Shown here in pieces: positions 54,318 to 63,010 of a stretch of DNA of 64,000 bases. The DNA lies in assembly GCA_028280785.1 (NCBI GenBank), contig JANQLF010000212.1, positions 93,444-157,443 of the forward strand, in the 5' to 3' direction. A program made the translations under genes and the position numbers. Each line of letters opens with the position of its first letter. The stretch's first letter is position 1. Under the pieces are notes generated by a model. The model saw nothing but the letters and a program-made list of their open reading frames with translations. It was not told the DNA's origin and did not search any database. The stretch comes from Planctomycetota bacterium (GTDB lineage: Bacteria; Planctomycetota; UBA11346).

Positions 54318-55307
54318 ATGCCTACCACTGTTGCCATTATCGGCTGCGGAAAACGCAGCGTTATGTTTGTTGAAGCCATGTTAGCAGCCAAAGACACGAC
54401 GTTTGTCGCTGCTGTTGATCCATTTCCAGAGGGTCGCGATAAAATTGTCGAGCAATTTGGTGGCAAGGGTTTTGACAGCGTTGAAAGCATGCTTGCCGAA
54501 GTCGTTCCTGATTTTGTGTGTATGGTGACGCGACCAAACGTGCGTCTGGAACCCATCACGACTTGTGCCAAGGCTGGCGTTAAAGGCTTCCACAGTGAAA
54601 AACCAACTGGCGACGCACTTGGTGTTGCCCGTCAATCGCATGCGGTTGCGACCGAGCACGGCATGAAATTAACTTATTCCCATCAACGCCGCTTTAATGC
54701 CAACTTTACAAAAGCCAAAGAGTTAATTGATGCAGGTACAATAGGTGAAGTAAAACACATCGATACCAACTGTGATAATTTTTACGATTGGGGTACGCAC
54801 TGGTTCGACATGATGCACTATTTAAATAATGAAGAACCTGCTGAATGGATAATTGCCCAAGCCCAACGTACTGATCCAAAAATGGTCTTTGATCAACCTA
54901 TGGATCGTTGTGGCGTTGGTGTCGTCCATTTTAAAAATGGTGTCATTGGCAGCATGCACACTGGTGAAGCACAGTCACAGCACACGCGCTTTTGTGTCGA
55001 AGGCACGGAAGGGCGTATCGTCATTAATGGCTGCGATACTCCTATCGTCGATGTATGGAAAGAGTCTGGTTTCGAACGCATAGACATGACCGACGACAGT
55101 GAGAACCACCATCATCAAGTTGCACAAGCTACAATAGATGCGATTAACTGTGTGCGTGAGGATAAAGAATCACGTTGCTCGAGCCGTTTTGCACTCGCCG
55201 CAACCGAGTGTATTTTTGCCAGTTACGCTTCAGCCATACGTGGTGAGCGCATTCATTTACCATTAGAAGGTGATTTGAGTTTGGCTGACGTATTCAACAC
55301 CAAATAA
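54318..55307 (+). CDS. Gfo/Idh/MocA-family NAD(P)-dependent oxidoreductase
   Basis: N-terminal Rossmann motif TVAIIGCGKRS, then FHSEKP (the EKP motif) and a C-terminal alpha/beta dimerisation domain. Confidence 0.88.
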   Translation: MPTTVAIIGCGKRSVMFVEAMLAAKDTTFVAAVDPFPEGRDKIVEQFGGKGFDSVESMLAEVVPDFVCMVTRPNVRLEPITTCAKAGVKGFHSEKPTGDALGVARQSHAVATEHGMKLTYSHQRRFNANFTKAKELIDAGTIGEVKHIDTNCDNFYDWGTHWFDMMHYLNNEEPAEWIIAQAQRTDPKMVFDQPMDRCGVGVVHFKNGVIGSMHTGEAQSQHTRFCVEGTEGRIVINGCDTPIVDVWKESGFERIDMTDDSENHHHQVAQATIDAINCVREDKESRCSSRFALAATECIFASYASAIRGERIHLPLEGDLSLADVFNTK

Positions 55308-55398
55308 CTCATTCAGACGCTTTCAATTGACTCGCTAATCCAGTCACAGCCCAGACATGGGTTAGTTCACTGTATATATGGGTCGAATTTACCAACTA

Positions 55399-55427
55399 TG
55401 TGTACTATATTCCTCGCTGTGTACTAT
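55399..55427 (+). repeat. two copies of the 10-nt direct repeat TGTGTACTAT, 19 nt apart, just upstream of the GT2 fusion gene
   Basis: Copies lie at 55399-55408 and 55418-55427, and the ATG is at 55442. Read directly from the sequence. This is a candidate operator or promoter element. Confidence 0.5.
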
Positions 55428-55441
55428 TAAGCTTGGAAAAA

Positions 55442-58400
55442 ATGACTAAAGCAATACTCGCTGAGCAAAAATGGAGCCCCATTCAACGTGCCTTGTTTAT
55501 TGGCACCCTCTTGGGCTGTATTGCTCTCGGTATTGTTGACTTTGAATTATTCGTCTGGCTCTTCAGTCTGTTCTTACTGGTCCTGTATAGCGTCATTGTT
55601 CTGTGCAAAGTGCTGGCAGCATTATTCGGACTGATCAACCGCTTTACCATTTATATTAAAGAAGATGAATACCAGGCACTCAGTGACGATGAATTACCTA
55701 TCTATACCATTCTCTTACCGCTTTATAAAGAATCTGAAGTTGTTGAAAAACTCGTAGCGCATATTGGTTGTCTGGATTACCCCAAAGAAAAACTCGACGT
55801 CAAAGTCCTCCTTGAGCAAGACGATGAAGAAACGCTACAAGCCGTTCAACAATTTGGTTTGCCCGATTGGTGTGATTTAATAATTGTTCCTGATGAAGGA
55901 CCGAAAACCAAACCACGAGCGTGCAATGTAGGTCTAGCTCAAGCACGCGGAGAGTTCTGCGTTATTTATGATGCCGAGGATCAACCAGAACCCGATCAAC
56001 TCAAAAAAGTTATCTGCGCTTACAAGCGACTACCTGAATCAGTCGTATGCTTACAAGCCAAATTAAATTTCTTTAATGCCAAAGAAGGTTTGCTACCACG
56101 TTGCTTTGCGCTTGAATATACAACCTGGTTTGATTTATATTTGCCTGGACTACATGCCTTACATGCGCCCATTCCATTAGGCGGCACCTCTAATCATTTT
56201 AAAACTCAGGCCCTACAAGAACTCGACGGCTGGGATCCTTATAATGTTACCGAAGACTGTGACCTCGGTATTCGCATAGCAGAAGCCGGATACGCAACAC
56301 GCATTGTCGACTCAGTAACCTGGGAAGAAGCTCCATTTAAAGTTAAAGACTGGGTTGGCCAACGTTCACGGTGGATCAAAGGATATTTTCAAACGTTTTG
56401 GGTACACACTCGTCGGCCATGGTATGGATTGCGTCGTCTCGGTTTGTGGGGCTTTTTCCAAATGCTCATCACCGTTGGTGGCCAAGTCGCCACGGTATTT
56501 CTTAATCCGATTTGCTGGCTCATCTTAGCTGCCTGGTGCTATTGGCAGTGGCCTATTATTTATGTGCATTCACCTTACACCCTTGTGTTATTCGCCATTT
56601 CACTGGCCCTTTTCCAATTTAATATTTTATTCATTGGCATACATCTGATAGGTGCACTGCGACGACGCTGCTATTTTCTCATCCCCTACATACTCTTTTT
56701 GCCATTCTATTGGATCTTGGTCAGCATCGGTGCTTGGCGTGGCGTTCTCGAATTTTTCTGGTCGCCTTATAAATGGGTAAAAACATCTCACGGCCTGACT
56801 CAAATGGCCAACACCACCTTAGACATCAAACAACTCGAAACTGAAGAGCAAAACAACGCTGCTTCTGTTTATATTAAACCAGTTATGCAAGGTGGCATTA
56901 TTCATAATTTATGCATGGGCACCTCTATACTCGTTATCACTGCACTAATCACATCATCGTCGCTCATTGCCCCGGTTTATTTTGGCTATACAGATAAGGT
57001 CGAACAAGCATCGATAGCTCTTAAAGATAATTTTATCGAAGTTGAACAAAAAATTCCTTTTGCTGAATCCTCGTGGATGGATTACGATACATTAAATATC
57101 GCCTTAAACATCAAACGAGAATCTTCAAAATTAGAGGAAGCTCTAAGCGTTAAAGACCTTCGCTTGATGTTTTACCTCAAAGTACGCAACGGGGAATGGT
57201 TTCATCAAACAATTGATGCATTTGAAATACAAGACAACACCATCAACGTCCAGTTATCCTTAAATGAACATTGGAACTCATTGCTTAATGACTTTGAGTG
57301 GTCACGAGATCTCTTGCACCGTGTGCGTTCGTTTGGCGTAAAATTATTTTACAAAGAAAGTGATAGCATTACTGCCACGATCACCGCACTGACACCTGTC
57401 GCTAGTACAGCGTCTTCATCTGAAAACACCGATCTTACCATAACATCTTTGGAAGCACCGAATGCCGCATCATGTTACGGTCTTTTTGAAGCACGTTGGC
57501 TACTTAGCAAAACATATAGCAATCCATTTGACAGTGATGTTATTCAGTGCGATGCCACGTTTACACATGAACATGGTAGCTCCATAACAATCCCGGCTTT
57601 TTACACACAAGACTACTATCAGTACAAAAGCAAGGATGGCGAAGTCTTACAACCGCGCGGGCGACCTCACTGGGCAGTCCGACACGCCCCAAGCGAGGCC
57701 GGTAGGTATACTTGGCACATACACGGCAAAGATAAATTCGGCAACACTTTTCAATCAACTCAACAAACACTTGATGTTGAACATCGAGAACACCGAGGCT
57801 TTTTAACACTAGGCAAAAACAAACGATTTTTCGCTTTTGAAAACGGTGAATTTTTCTACCCAATGTCGCTGAACATCCGTTCACCACGAGATGAAGTAAA
57901 TCATGAATATTGGAGCTTTGAAATGCCTAAAAAGGCAGATGGCACCTATGTCATGTTTGAATTTTTATCCAAAATGAAAAAAACAGGCATCAATGTTGGT
58001 CGGGTATGGATGTCACCTTGGTTTGGTAGCATTGAATGGAATAAGGATGAAGATGGTTACCATGGTTTGGGTGTTTATAATTTAAAGAATGCGTATCGTT
58101 TAGATTCAATTTTTAATTTCGCACAAAAGCAAGGCATCCTCATTGAATTAGCTTTAAATCACCACGGTCCGTTTACTCAGCAATATGATTCACAGTGGGT
58201 CTATAATCCGTATAATAAGAAAAACGGCGGTCCCGCAGCGACACCACGACATGTCTTTCCCAATCAAGAGTCACGCAGCTGGTTCAAAAAACGACTGCGC
58301 TATATCGCCGCACGTTATGGTGCTTATGCCAATCTTTATTGCTACGTTTTATGGATCGAAGCAAATGTAGTGGACCCACGACCACACGTCTTAGTAGATT

Positions 58401-59242
58401 GGCATAAGGAATTTGGTCCATACATGAAAGCCATCGATGCCAACCGTCACCTCGTTAGTACTGAATTCAACAATAACGGATACCGTGATATTTGGCGCCA
58501 AAAAGAAATCGAATACACACAAGTTGCTGCCTATAATTTTGGCAAGGGCAATATACACGAAATAATGTCCATTGCGAAAACACTGCGTCCCTACGACAAA
58601 CCCGCAATTGTTGAAGAGTATATGGGTCTACCCTCCGGTGGTCATGAAGATGTATTAGCACATGATTTTCATGATGGATTTTGGGCAAATTGGATGCTGC
58701 CATTTGGCGGTGCCCCCATGCCATGGTGGTGGAATTTTATTTTTGAAAAAGGCATTGATGTTCAATACCAAGTCATCAATGCCTACATTAAAGGCGAAGA
58801 TTTGTCAGACCGCCAATGGAAACATCTTTTTGAAATGCAACTACCTAATGGAGCAGGCCTGCGCGCCTTAGGACGCTTAAGCAAGGACCAGGCCTTTTTC
58901 TGGGTCTACAAAGACACTGCTTCAAACGTTCGTTTTACCGGCGCTTGGCGCAAGCGCCGACAACTAGCTCATCAAGCTTACCGGCAACATGTGCCGCATT
59001 CATTTTCGCCTATCGATCAGATAACCGGAAAAAAAGATAGTGGCTTTATGGATATGAAAAATGTCAAATTAACAATACCCGGTGGAACTTTAGACACTGG
59101 GACCTATATGTTGGAATTTTGGGATACTTGGCAATTAAAAGAGCCCATCACGCAAGAAATTGTGATTGAGTCTTTTCCTTACAATCTTGAGCTTCCAAGA
59201 TTAACCAAAGACATTGCCATTAAGTTGAAAAAATTAAATTGA
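55442..59242 (+). CDS. membrane-embedded processive family-2 glycosyltransferase fused to a large C-terminal glycoside-hydrolase-like region
   Basis: GT2 hallmarks IYDAEDQPEPDQL, VTEDCDLG and QRSRW (nt 56360-56374), flanked by about 2 plus 4-5 TM helices. The C-terminal 750 or so aa contain a beta-sandwich (FYTQDYYQY...GRYTWHIHGKDKFGN, DUF5060-like) and a GH5/clan GH-A-like barrel (GINVGRVWMSPWFGSIEW, YVLWIEANV, PAIVEEYMG). The ATG at 55442 is preferred over the track's GTG at 55400. Confidence 0.85.
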   Translation: MTKAILAEQKWSPIQRALFIGTLLGCIALGIVDFELFVWLFSLFLLVLYSVIVLCKVLAALFGLINRFTIYIKEDEYQALSDDELPIYTILLPLYKESEVVEKLVAHIGCLDYPKEKLDVKVLLEQDDEETLQAVQQFGLPDWCDLIIVPDEGPKTKPRACNVGLAQARGEFCVIYDAEDQPEPDQLKKVICAYKRLPESVVCLQAKLNFFNAKEGLLPRCFALEYTTWFDLYLPGLHALHAPIPLGGTSNHFKTQALQELDGWDPYNVTEDCDLGIRIAEAGYATRIVDSVTWEEAPFKVKDWVGQRSRWIKGYFQTFWVHTRRPWYGLRRLGLWGFFQMLITVGGQVATVFLNPICWLILAAWCYWQWPIIYVHSPYTLVLFAISLALFQFNILFIGIHLIGALRRRCYFLIPYILFLPFYWILVSIGAWRGVLEFFWSPYKWVKTSHGLTQMANTTLDIKQLETEEQNNAASVYIKPVMQGGIIHNLCMGTSILVITALITSSSLIAPVYFGYTDKVEQASIALKDNFIEVEQKIPFAESSWMDYDTLNIALNIKRESSKLEEALSVKDLRLMFYLKVRNGEWFHQTIDAFEIQDNTINVQLSLNEHWNSLLNDFEWSRDLLHRVRSFGVKLFYKESDSITATITALTPVASTASSSENTDLTITSLEAPNAASCYGLFEARWLLSKTYSNPFDSDVIQCDATFTHEHGSSITIPAFYTQDYYQYKSKDGEVLQPRGRPHWAVRHAPSEAGRYTWHIHGKDKFGNTFQSTQQTLDVEHREHRGFLTLGKNKRFFAFENGEFFYPMSLNIRSPRDEVNHEYWSFEMPKKADGTYVMFEFLSKMKKTGINVGRVWMSPWFGSIEWNKDEDGYHGLGVYNLKNAYRLDSIFNFAQKQGILIELALNHHGPFTQQYDSQWVYNPYNKKNGGPAATPRHVFPNQESRSWFKKRLRYIAARYGAYANLYCYVLWIEANVVDPRPHVLVDWHKEFGPYMKAIDANRHLVSTEFNNNGYRDIWRQKEIEYTQVAAYNFGKGNIHEIMSIAKTLRPYDKPAIVEEYMGLPSGGHEDVLAHDFHDGFWANWMLPFGGAPMPWWWNFIFEKGIDVQYQVINAYIKGEDLSDRQWKHLFEMQLPNGAGLRALGRLSKDQAFFWVYKDTASNVRFTGAWRKRRQLAHQAYRQHVPHSFSPIDQITGKKDSGFMDMKNVKLTIPGGTLDTGTYMLEFWDTWQLKEPITQEIVIESFPYNLELPRLTKDIAIKLKKLN

Positions 59243-60463
59243 TTATTTTTGTCCTAGTAAGAAGGACAGGAATGCCTGCTGTATATCAAAACCACCCTCA
59301 TGGCCCATCCGTGGCTTGTCTAAGATCTGCTTCGGCCCCTGAAAAGCATTGTAGGCTGCATAAACCGTTGTTGGTTTACAAGTGCCATCGACAAAGCCAA
59401 TACTCATGATCATCGGCACATTGGTATGCCTAGCAAAATTGACATTATCAAAATATGGTGCTGTCCCCGCAACAGCTTCAGGGCTGCTGTCACCTTCTAA
59501 AAATAATAAATCTGGGCGTGGCCAACCCGTCACACGATCAATGACAAAACCAGTTAAATCACAGCCCGCTGGCACTCCTACCGCCATGGCAGTAACACGC
59601 TTATCTAAATAAGCACCGGCAAACGATTGTAGTGCACCTTGGCTACCGCCCATAATCCACACGTTTTCACCATCCCATAAAGGATCTTCACACATGTAGT
59701 CAAGCGCTCGGCGTACACGTAAAAACATATTACAAAAATAGGCTTGTTCTGGCGGTCCATCGAGGCCCCAACGTGGATAGCCTGCTAATTTATATTCACC
59801 GATGTCCTGATAAAAAGCTGCCTCTTTATTATTTTCCAAGCCGTGGGCATTGATATTCATACTAATACAGCCCTGTAGTGCCTGTTGAGTCGGGGTATGA
59901 AATTGTGAAGAACGGACGCCTGCTCCCTGGCAATTTAATAGTATTGGGTGTGATCCTTTTTGAGGATTGGCAGGACGTGCCAAATAACCACTGACAGGAA
60001 CGTCATCAACACAATCAATCTGTACATCCCACAATTTAACTGCGCCATCGTTGAGCAGTGTTTCTTGACCTTGGATTGGCACCTGTGCTAAACGTTTGAG
60101 CTGGCCATTCCAAAATTCATTAAAATCGCTTGGGCAATCTGTACTTGGTTGAATTTTATCGGCGTCGAATCCAACAGCCATTTTATGCGTCGCCGTTTCG
60201 CCAGTTGGAGCAGTAAATATATACTCACACTCTAAAAAACCAGGTTCCTTTAATGTACCTGAGCATCCTTCACCTTTATTGGCAATATTCACGGTGCCGC
60301 GCTTAATTTCGTCCTGGTTATCTTTTCGCAAGATCCATTCAGCTTCGCCTTCCAACATTGGCCAGCCATCACAGCTTAATACTGGGAAAAAATAAGCTTC
60401 TTCACCACAGGTAAGATGATAAGTATGGATATTGCTGAAAATTTCGATGTTATATTCGGCCAC
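59243..60463 (-). CDS. CE7-family acetyl esterase (acetyl xylan esterase/cephalosporin-C deacetylase type) with an N-terminal extra domain, leaderless
   Basis: Nucleophile elbow WIMGGSQGA. Asp region GFVDGTCKPTTVYAAYNAF. His in PRMGHEGG. GTG start. Confidence 0.85.
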   Translation of the reverse strand: MAEYNIEIFSNIHTYHLTCGEEAYFFPVLSCDGWPMLEGEAEWILRKDNQDEIKRGTVNIANKGEGCSGTLKEPGFLECEYIFTAPTGETATHKMAVGFDADKIQPSTDCPSDFNEFWNGQLKRLAQVPIQGQETLLNDGAVKLWDVQIDCVDDVPVSGYLARPANPQKGSHPILLNCQGAGVRSSQFHTPTQQALQGCISMNINAHGLENNKEAAFYQDIGEYKLAGYPRWGLDGPPEQAYFCNMFLRVRRALDYMCEDPLWDGENVWIMGGSQGALQSFAGAYLDKRVTAMAVGVPAGCDLTGFVIDRVTGWPRPDLLFLEGDSSPEAVAGTAPYFDNVNFARHTNVPMIMSIGFVDGTCKPTTVYAAYNAFQGPKQILDKPRMGHEGGFDIQQAFLSFLLGQK

Positions 60464-60485
60464 GGTGCAACCCTCTGCTTAAGAC

Positions 60486-61661
60486 TTAGCTGATACTCAG
60501 ATCACCTATGTCTATATCAGCAAAGGAGGAATTAAAGTCTCCGACGTTGTTTTCACCGACTTCAGCAAATTCATCAACCTTGAATGGATCCGTTGGATCA
60601 GCTTGAATAAGGTTGTCGTAAATCTTCACCGGGCCATGCGATTCTAATACTTGAATGGCATGATGACCACGACGCTCATCAGAACAAATACGATTATCAT
60701 GAACCGTCACTTCACCACCGTGTTGGACCTCGATCGCTTTATTACAGCCACCAATAATAGTATTGCCACGTATTTCGCCACGCGTGACATCTACAGCTGG
60801 ACCACTTGGATTCCCAAATGAAATCGCCTTATCACAACCTACGAATACATTATTTTCAACGAGTAAATCTTCAGCACCGATCCAAATAAACACCGAGCCA
60901 CGCCCACCGCCATTGTGGCCACGTATGCCAACAAAGACATTATCATGTACGTGAAAGTCTTGGATGCCCATGATATCCATACCGGCGGTATAATCGCCAT
61001 TAAAACCGTCTTCTACATTTTGTTTAATCCGATCATTGATGAATAAACAATGGCGCACAATTCCATGACGAGGACGATTCCATTGAACATGTTCGTCAGC
61101 AGCAGGATTGTAGCCGAGCTCTTCTTCAGTGTAAGGCATATGATCAATACGACTGGTGCCAGTTCCTTTAAAGCCGCGCGCCCAACAATTATGAAACTTC
61201 ACATTATGCATGGTTAAATGATGGACTCGACTATCACCGATAAACATCAGTCCGTATTTTGGGCTATTAGCAAAGGTTAAATCAGCAACTGTAACATGCC
61301 GACATCGGGTTAATTTTAATATTGCTGGCGCATGCATTTTATCCGACAATAAACGCGTACCAAATTTCTTACACTGATCATGGAATTCCATTTCTGCATC
61401 AAGAATCACATCTTCACGATTGCCAGTTTCACCTCTAATCGTCACGTAGTGAGTATCTAAGATTATATCGCGCGGCATGACGTAACGACCCTTGGCAATC
61501 ACAATAGTCGAATGCTCTTCAGCATCTTCGATGGCGCGAACAATGTCCCAAGCGCTGGAGACTTTAACGACCTTACCCTCTGGTTCCGGTAATGGCTCTG
61601 GCGCTTTAACCTGAGCAATCATTTCATTAAGTCGGTCATACTGCGGATCTTTGCTTGTCAT
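60486..61661 (-). CDS. leaderless right-handed beta-helix protein (pectin-lyase fold; possible polysaccharide lyase or hydrolase), tandem paralog A
   Basis: Start at the ATG at 61661 (MTSKDPQYDRL...), 1 nt after the upstream stop. The N-terminal cap KVVKVSSAWDIVRAIEDAEEHSTIVIAKGRYVM resembles beta-helix enzyme caps (PL6/DUF1565-like). It has repeated H/N-rung motifs and is roughly two-thirds identical to the upstream gene by eye. Confidence 0.6.
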   Translation of the reverse strand: MTSKDPQYDRLNEMIAQVKAPEPLPEPEGKVVKVSSAWDIVRAIEDAEEHSTIVIAKGRYVMPRDIILDTHYVTIRGETGNREDVILDAEMEFHDQCKKFGTRLLSDKMHAPAILKLTRCRHVTVADLTFANSPKYGLMFIGDSRVHHLTMHNVKFHNCWARGFKGTGTSRIDHMPYTEEELGYNPAADEHVQWNRPRHGIVRHCLFINDRIKQNVEDGFNGDYTAGMDIMGIQDFHVHDNVFVGIRGHNGGGRGSVFIWIGAEDLLVENNVFVGCDKAISFGNPSGPAVDVTRGEIRGNTIIGGCNKAIEVQHGGEVTVHDNRICSDERRGHHAIQVLESHGPVKIYDNLIQADPTDPFKVDEFAEVGENNVGDFNSSFADIDIGDLSIS

Positions 61662-61662
61662 A

Positions 61663-62874
61663 TTATTGCTTCGCTTCTTCCTTGAGACTGAGATCGCCAA
61701 TTTCTATATCTGCAAATTGATCTTTAAAATCACCAACTTGATTTTCACCAACAGTGACGGTATCACAGCAATTAAATGGTTCGAGCGGATCTATTTGAAT
61801 AATATTATCATAAACTTTCGCTTCGTTAAACATACCAAGGACTTGAATAGCATGGTATTCCTTACGCTCAGAAGAGCAGATACGGTTACCGTAGACTTCC
61901 ATGTTATCACCGTGCTGCACTTCGATACCCTTATTACAACCACCAATAATGGTATTATTGCGAATGACACTATTTTTTATGTGAAAAGCTGAATAACCAC
62001 CTTTGGGTTCTTTGGAGCTAGCAGGACTACCATGTGGATTACCAAGTCCCATCGCCTTATCGCAGTGAATAAATACATTATTCTCTACGACCACATCTTC
62101 GGATTGGACCCAAATAAATACAGCGCCACGACCACGACCGCTCGCACCACGGATACCAACAAAAAGATTGTCGGAAATAACCCAGTCTTGCAGCGCCATC
62201 AAATCCATTGCTGCAATATAATTACCTTCATCTGGATCAACCAAATCTCGCTTGGGATGATCATTAATAAATAAACAATGCTGAACCCTTCCAAATCGAG
62301 GGCGATTCCACTCTAGATGATCATCATTTTTCGGTTCATAGCCAAGCTCTTCTGCAGAATAAAGACTGTGGTCAATTCGGTAAGGTCCTGTGCCCTTTAA
62401 TCCTCGCGCCCAAATATTGTGAAACTTAACATTATAAACGGTTAAATTATGCACGCGACCATCGCCAATCATCATAATACCATACTTGGGGCTATTGTAA
62501 AAAGTTAGATCAGCAATCATCACGTGCTTGCAACGTATTAATTTTAAAATACCAGGTGCACCAAAACGCGTACTTAAGGGTTTGAAATGTTGATCGTATT
62601 CAGCGTTACCGTCCAAGATAACATCTTCACGATTACCAGTTTCACCTCGTATGGTCACATGATTCGTATCTAAAATAAAATCACGCGGCATCACATAATG
62701 ACCTTTAGCAATTACGATAGTGGTATTTTCCTCTGCGTCTTCGACAGCACGAATAATTTCCCAAGCTGTTGAAACGCGCACTACTTTGCCAGTGGGTTCC
62801 GGCAATGGTTCAGCTGGTTTCACCTGAGCCAGCATTTCATCTAAACGGTCATATTGTGGATCTGCAGTAAACAT
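61663..62874 (-). CDS. leaderless right-handed beta-helix protein, tandem paralog B
   Basis: Start at the ATG at 62874 (MFTADPQYDRL...), preceded by GAGAGGG with a 7-nt spacer. It is collinear with paralog A, including the C-terminal FADIEIGDLSL versus FADIDIGDLSI. Confidence 0.6.
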   Translation of the reverse strand: MFTADPQYDRLDEMLAQVKPAEPLPEPTGKVVRVSTAWEIIRAVEDAEENTTIVIAKGHYVMPRDFILDTNHVTIRGETGNREDVILDGNAEYDQHFKPLSTRFGAPGILKLIRCKHVMIADLTFYNSPKYGIMMIGDGRVHNLTVYNVKFHNIWARGLKGTGPYRIDHSLYSAEELGYEPKNDDHLEWNRPRFGRVQHCLFINDHPKRDLVDPDEGNYIAAMDLMALQDWVISDNLFVGIRGASGRGRGAVFIWVQSEDVVVENNVFIHCDKAMGLGNPHGSPASSKEPKGGYSAFHIKNSVIRNNTIIGGCNKGIEVQHGDNMEVYGNRICSSERKEYHAIQVLGMFNEAKVYDNIIQIDPLEPFNCCDTVTVGENQVGDFKDQFADIEIGDLSLKEEAKQ

Positions 62875-63010
62875 GATATTGCCCTCTCGATGCTCACTGT
62901 TATAGCAATTACAAATTGTCCTACAAGCAAACACAAGGTTTTTTACAAAATACCCTTAAACACTTGGTGCACTACATTACTGTTTCGACATAAAGTGTTC
63001 TAAGTTTTAT

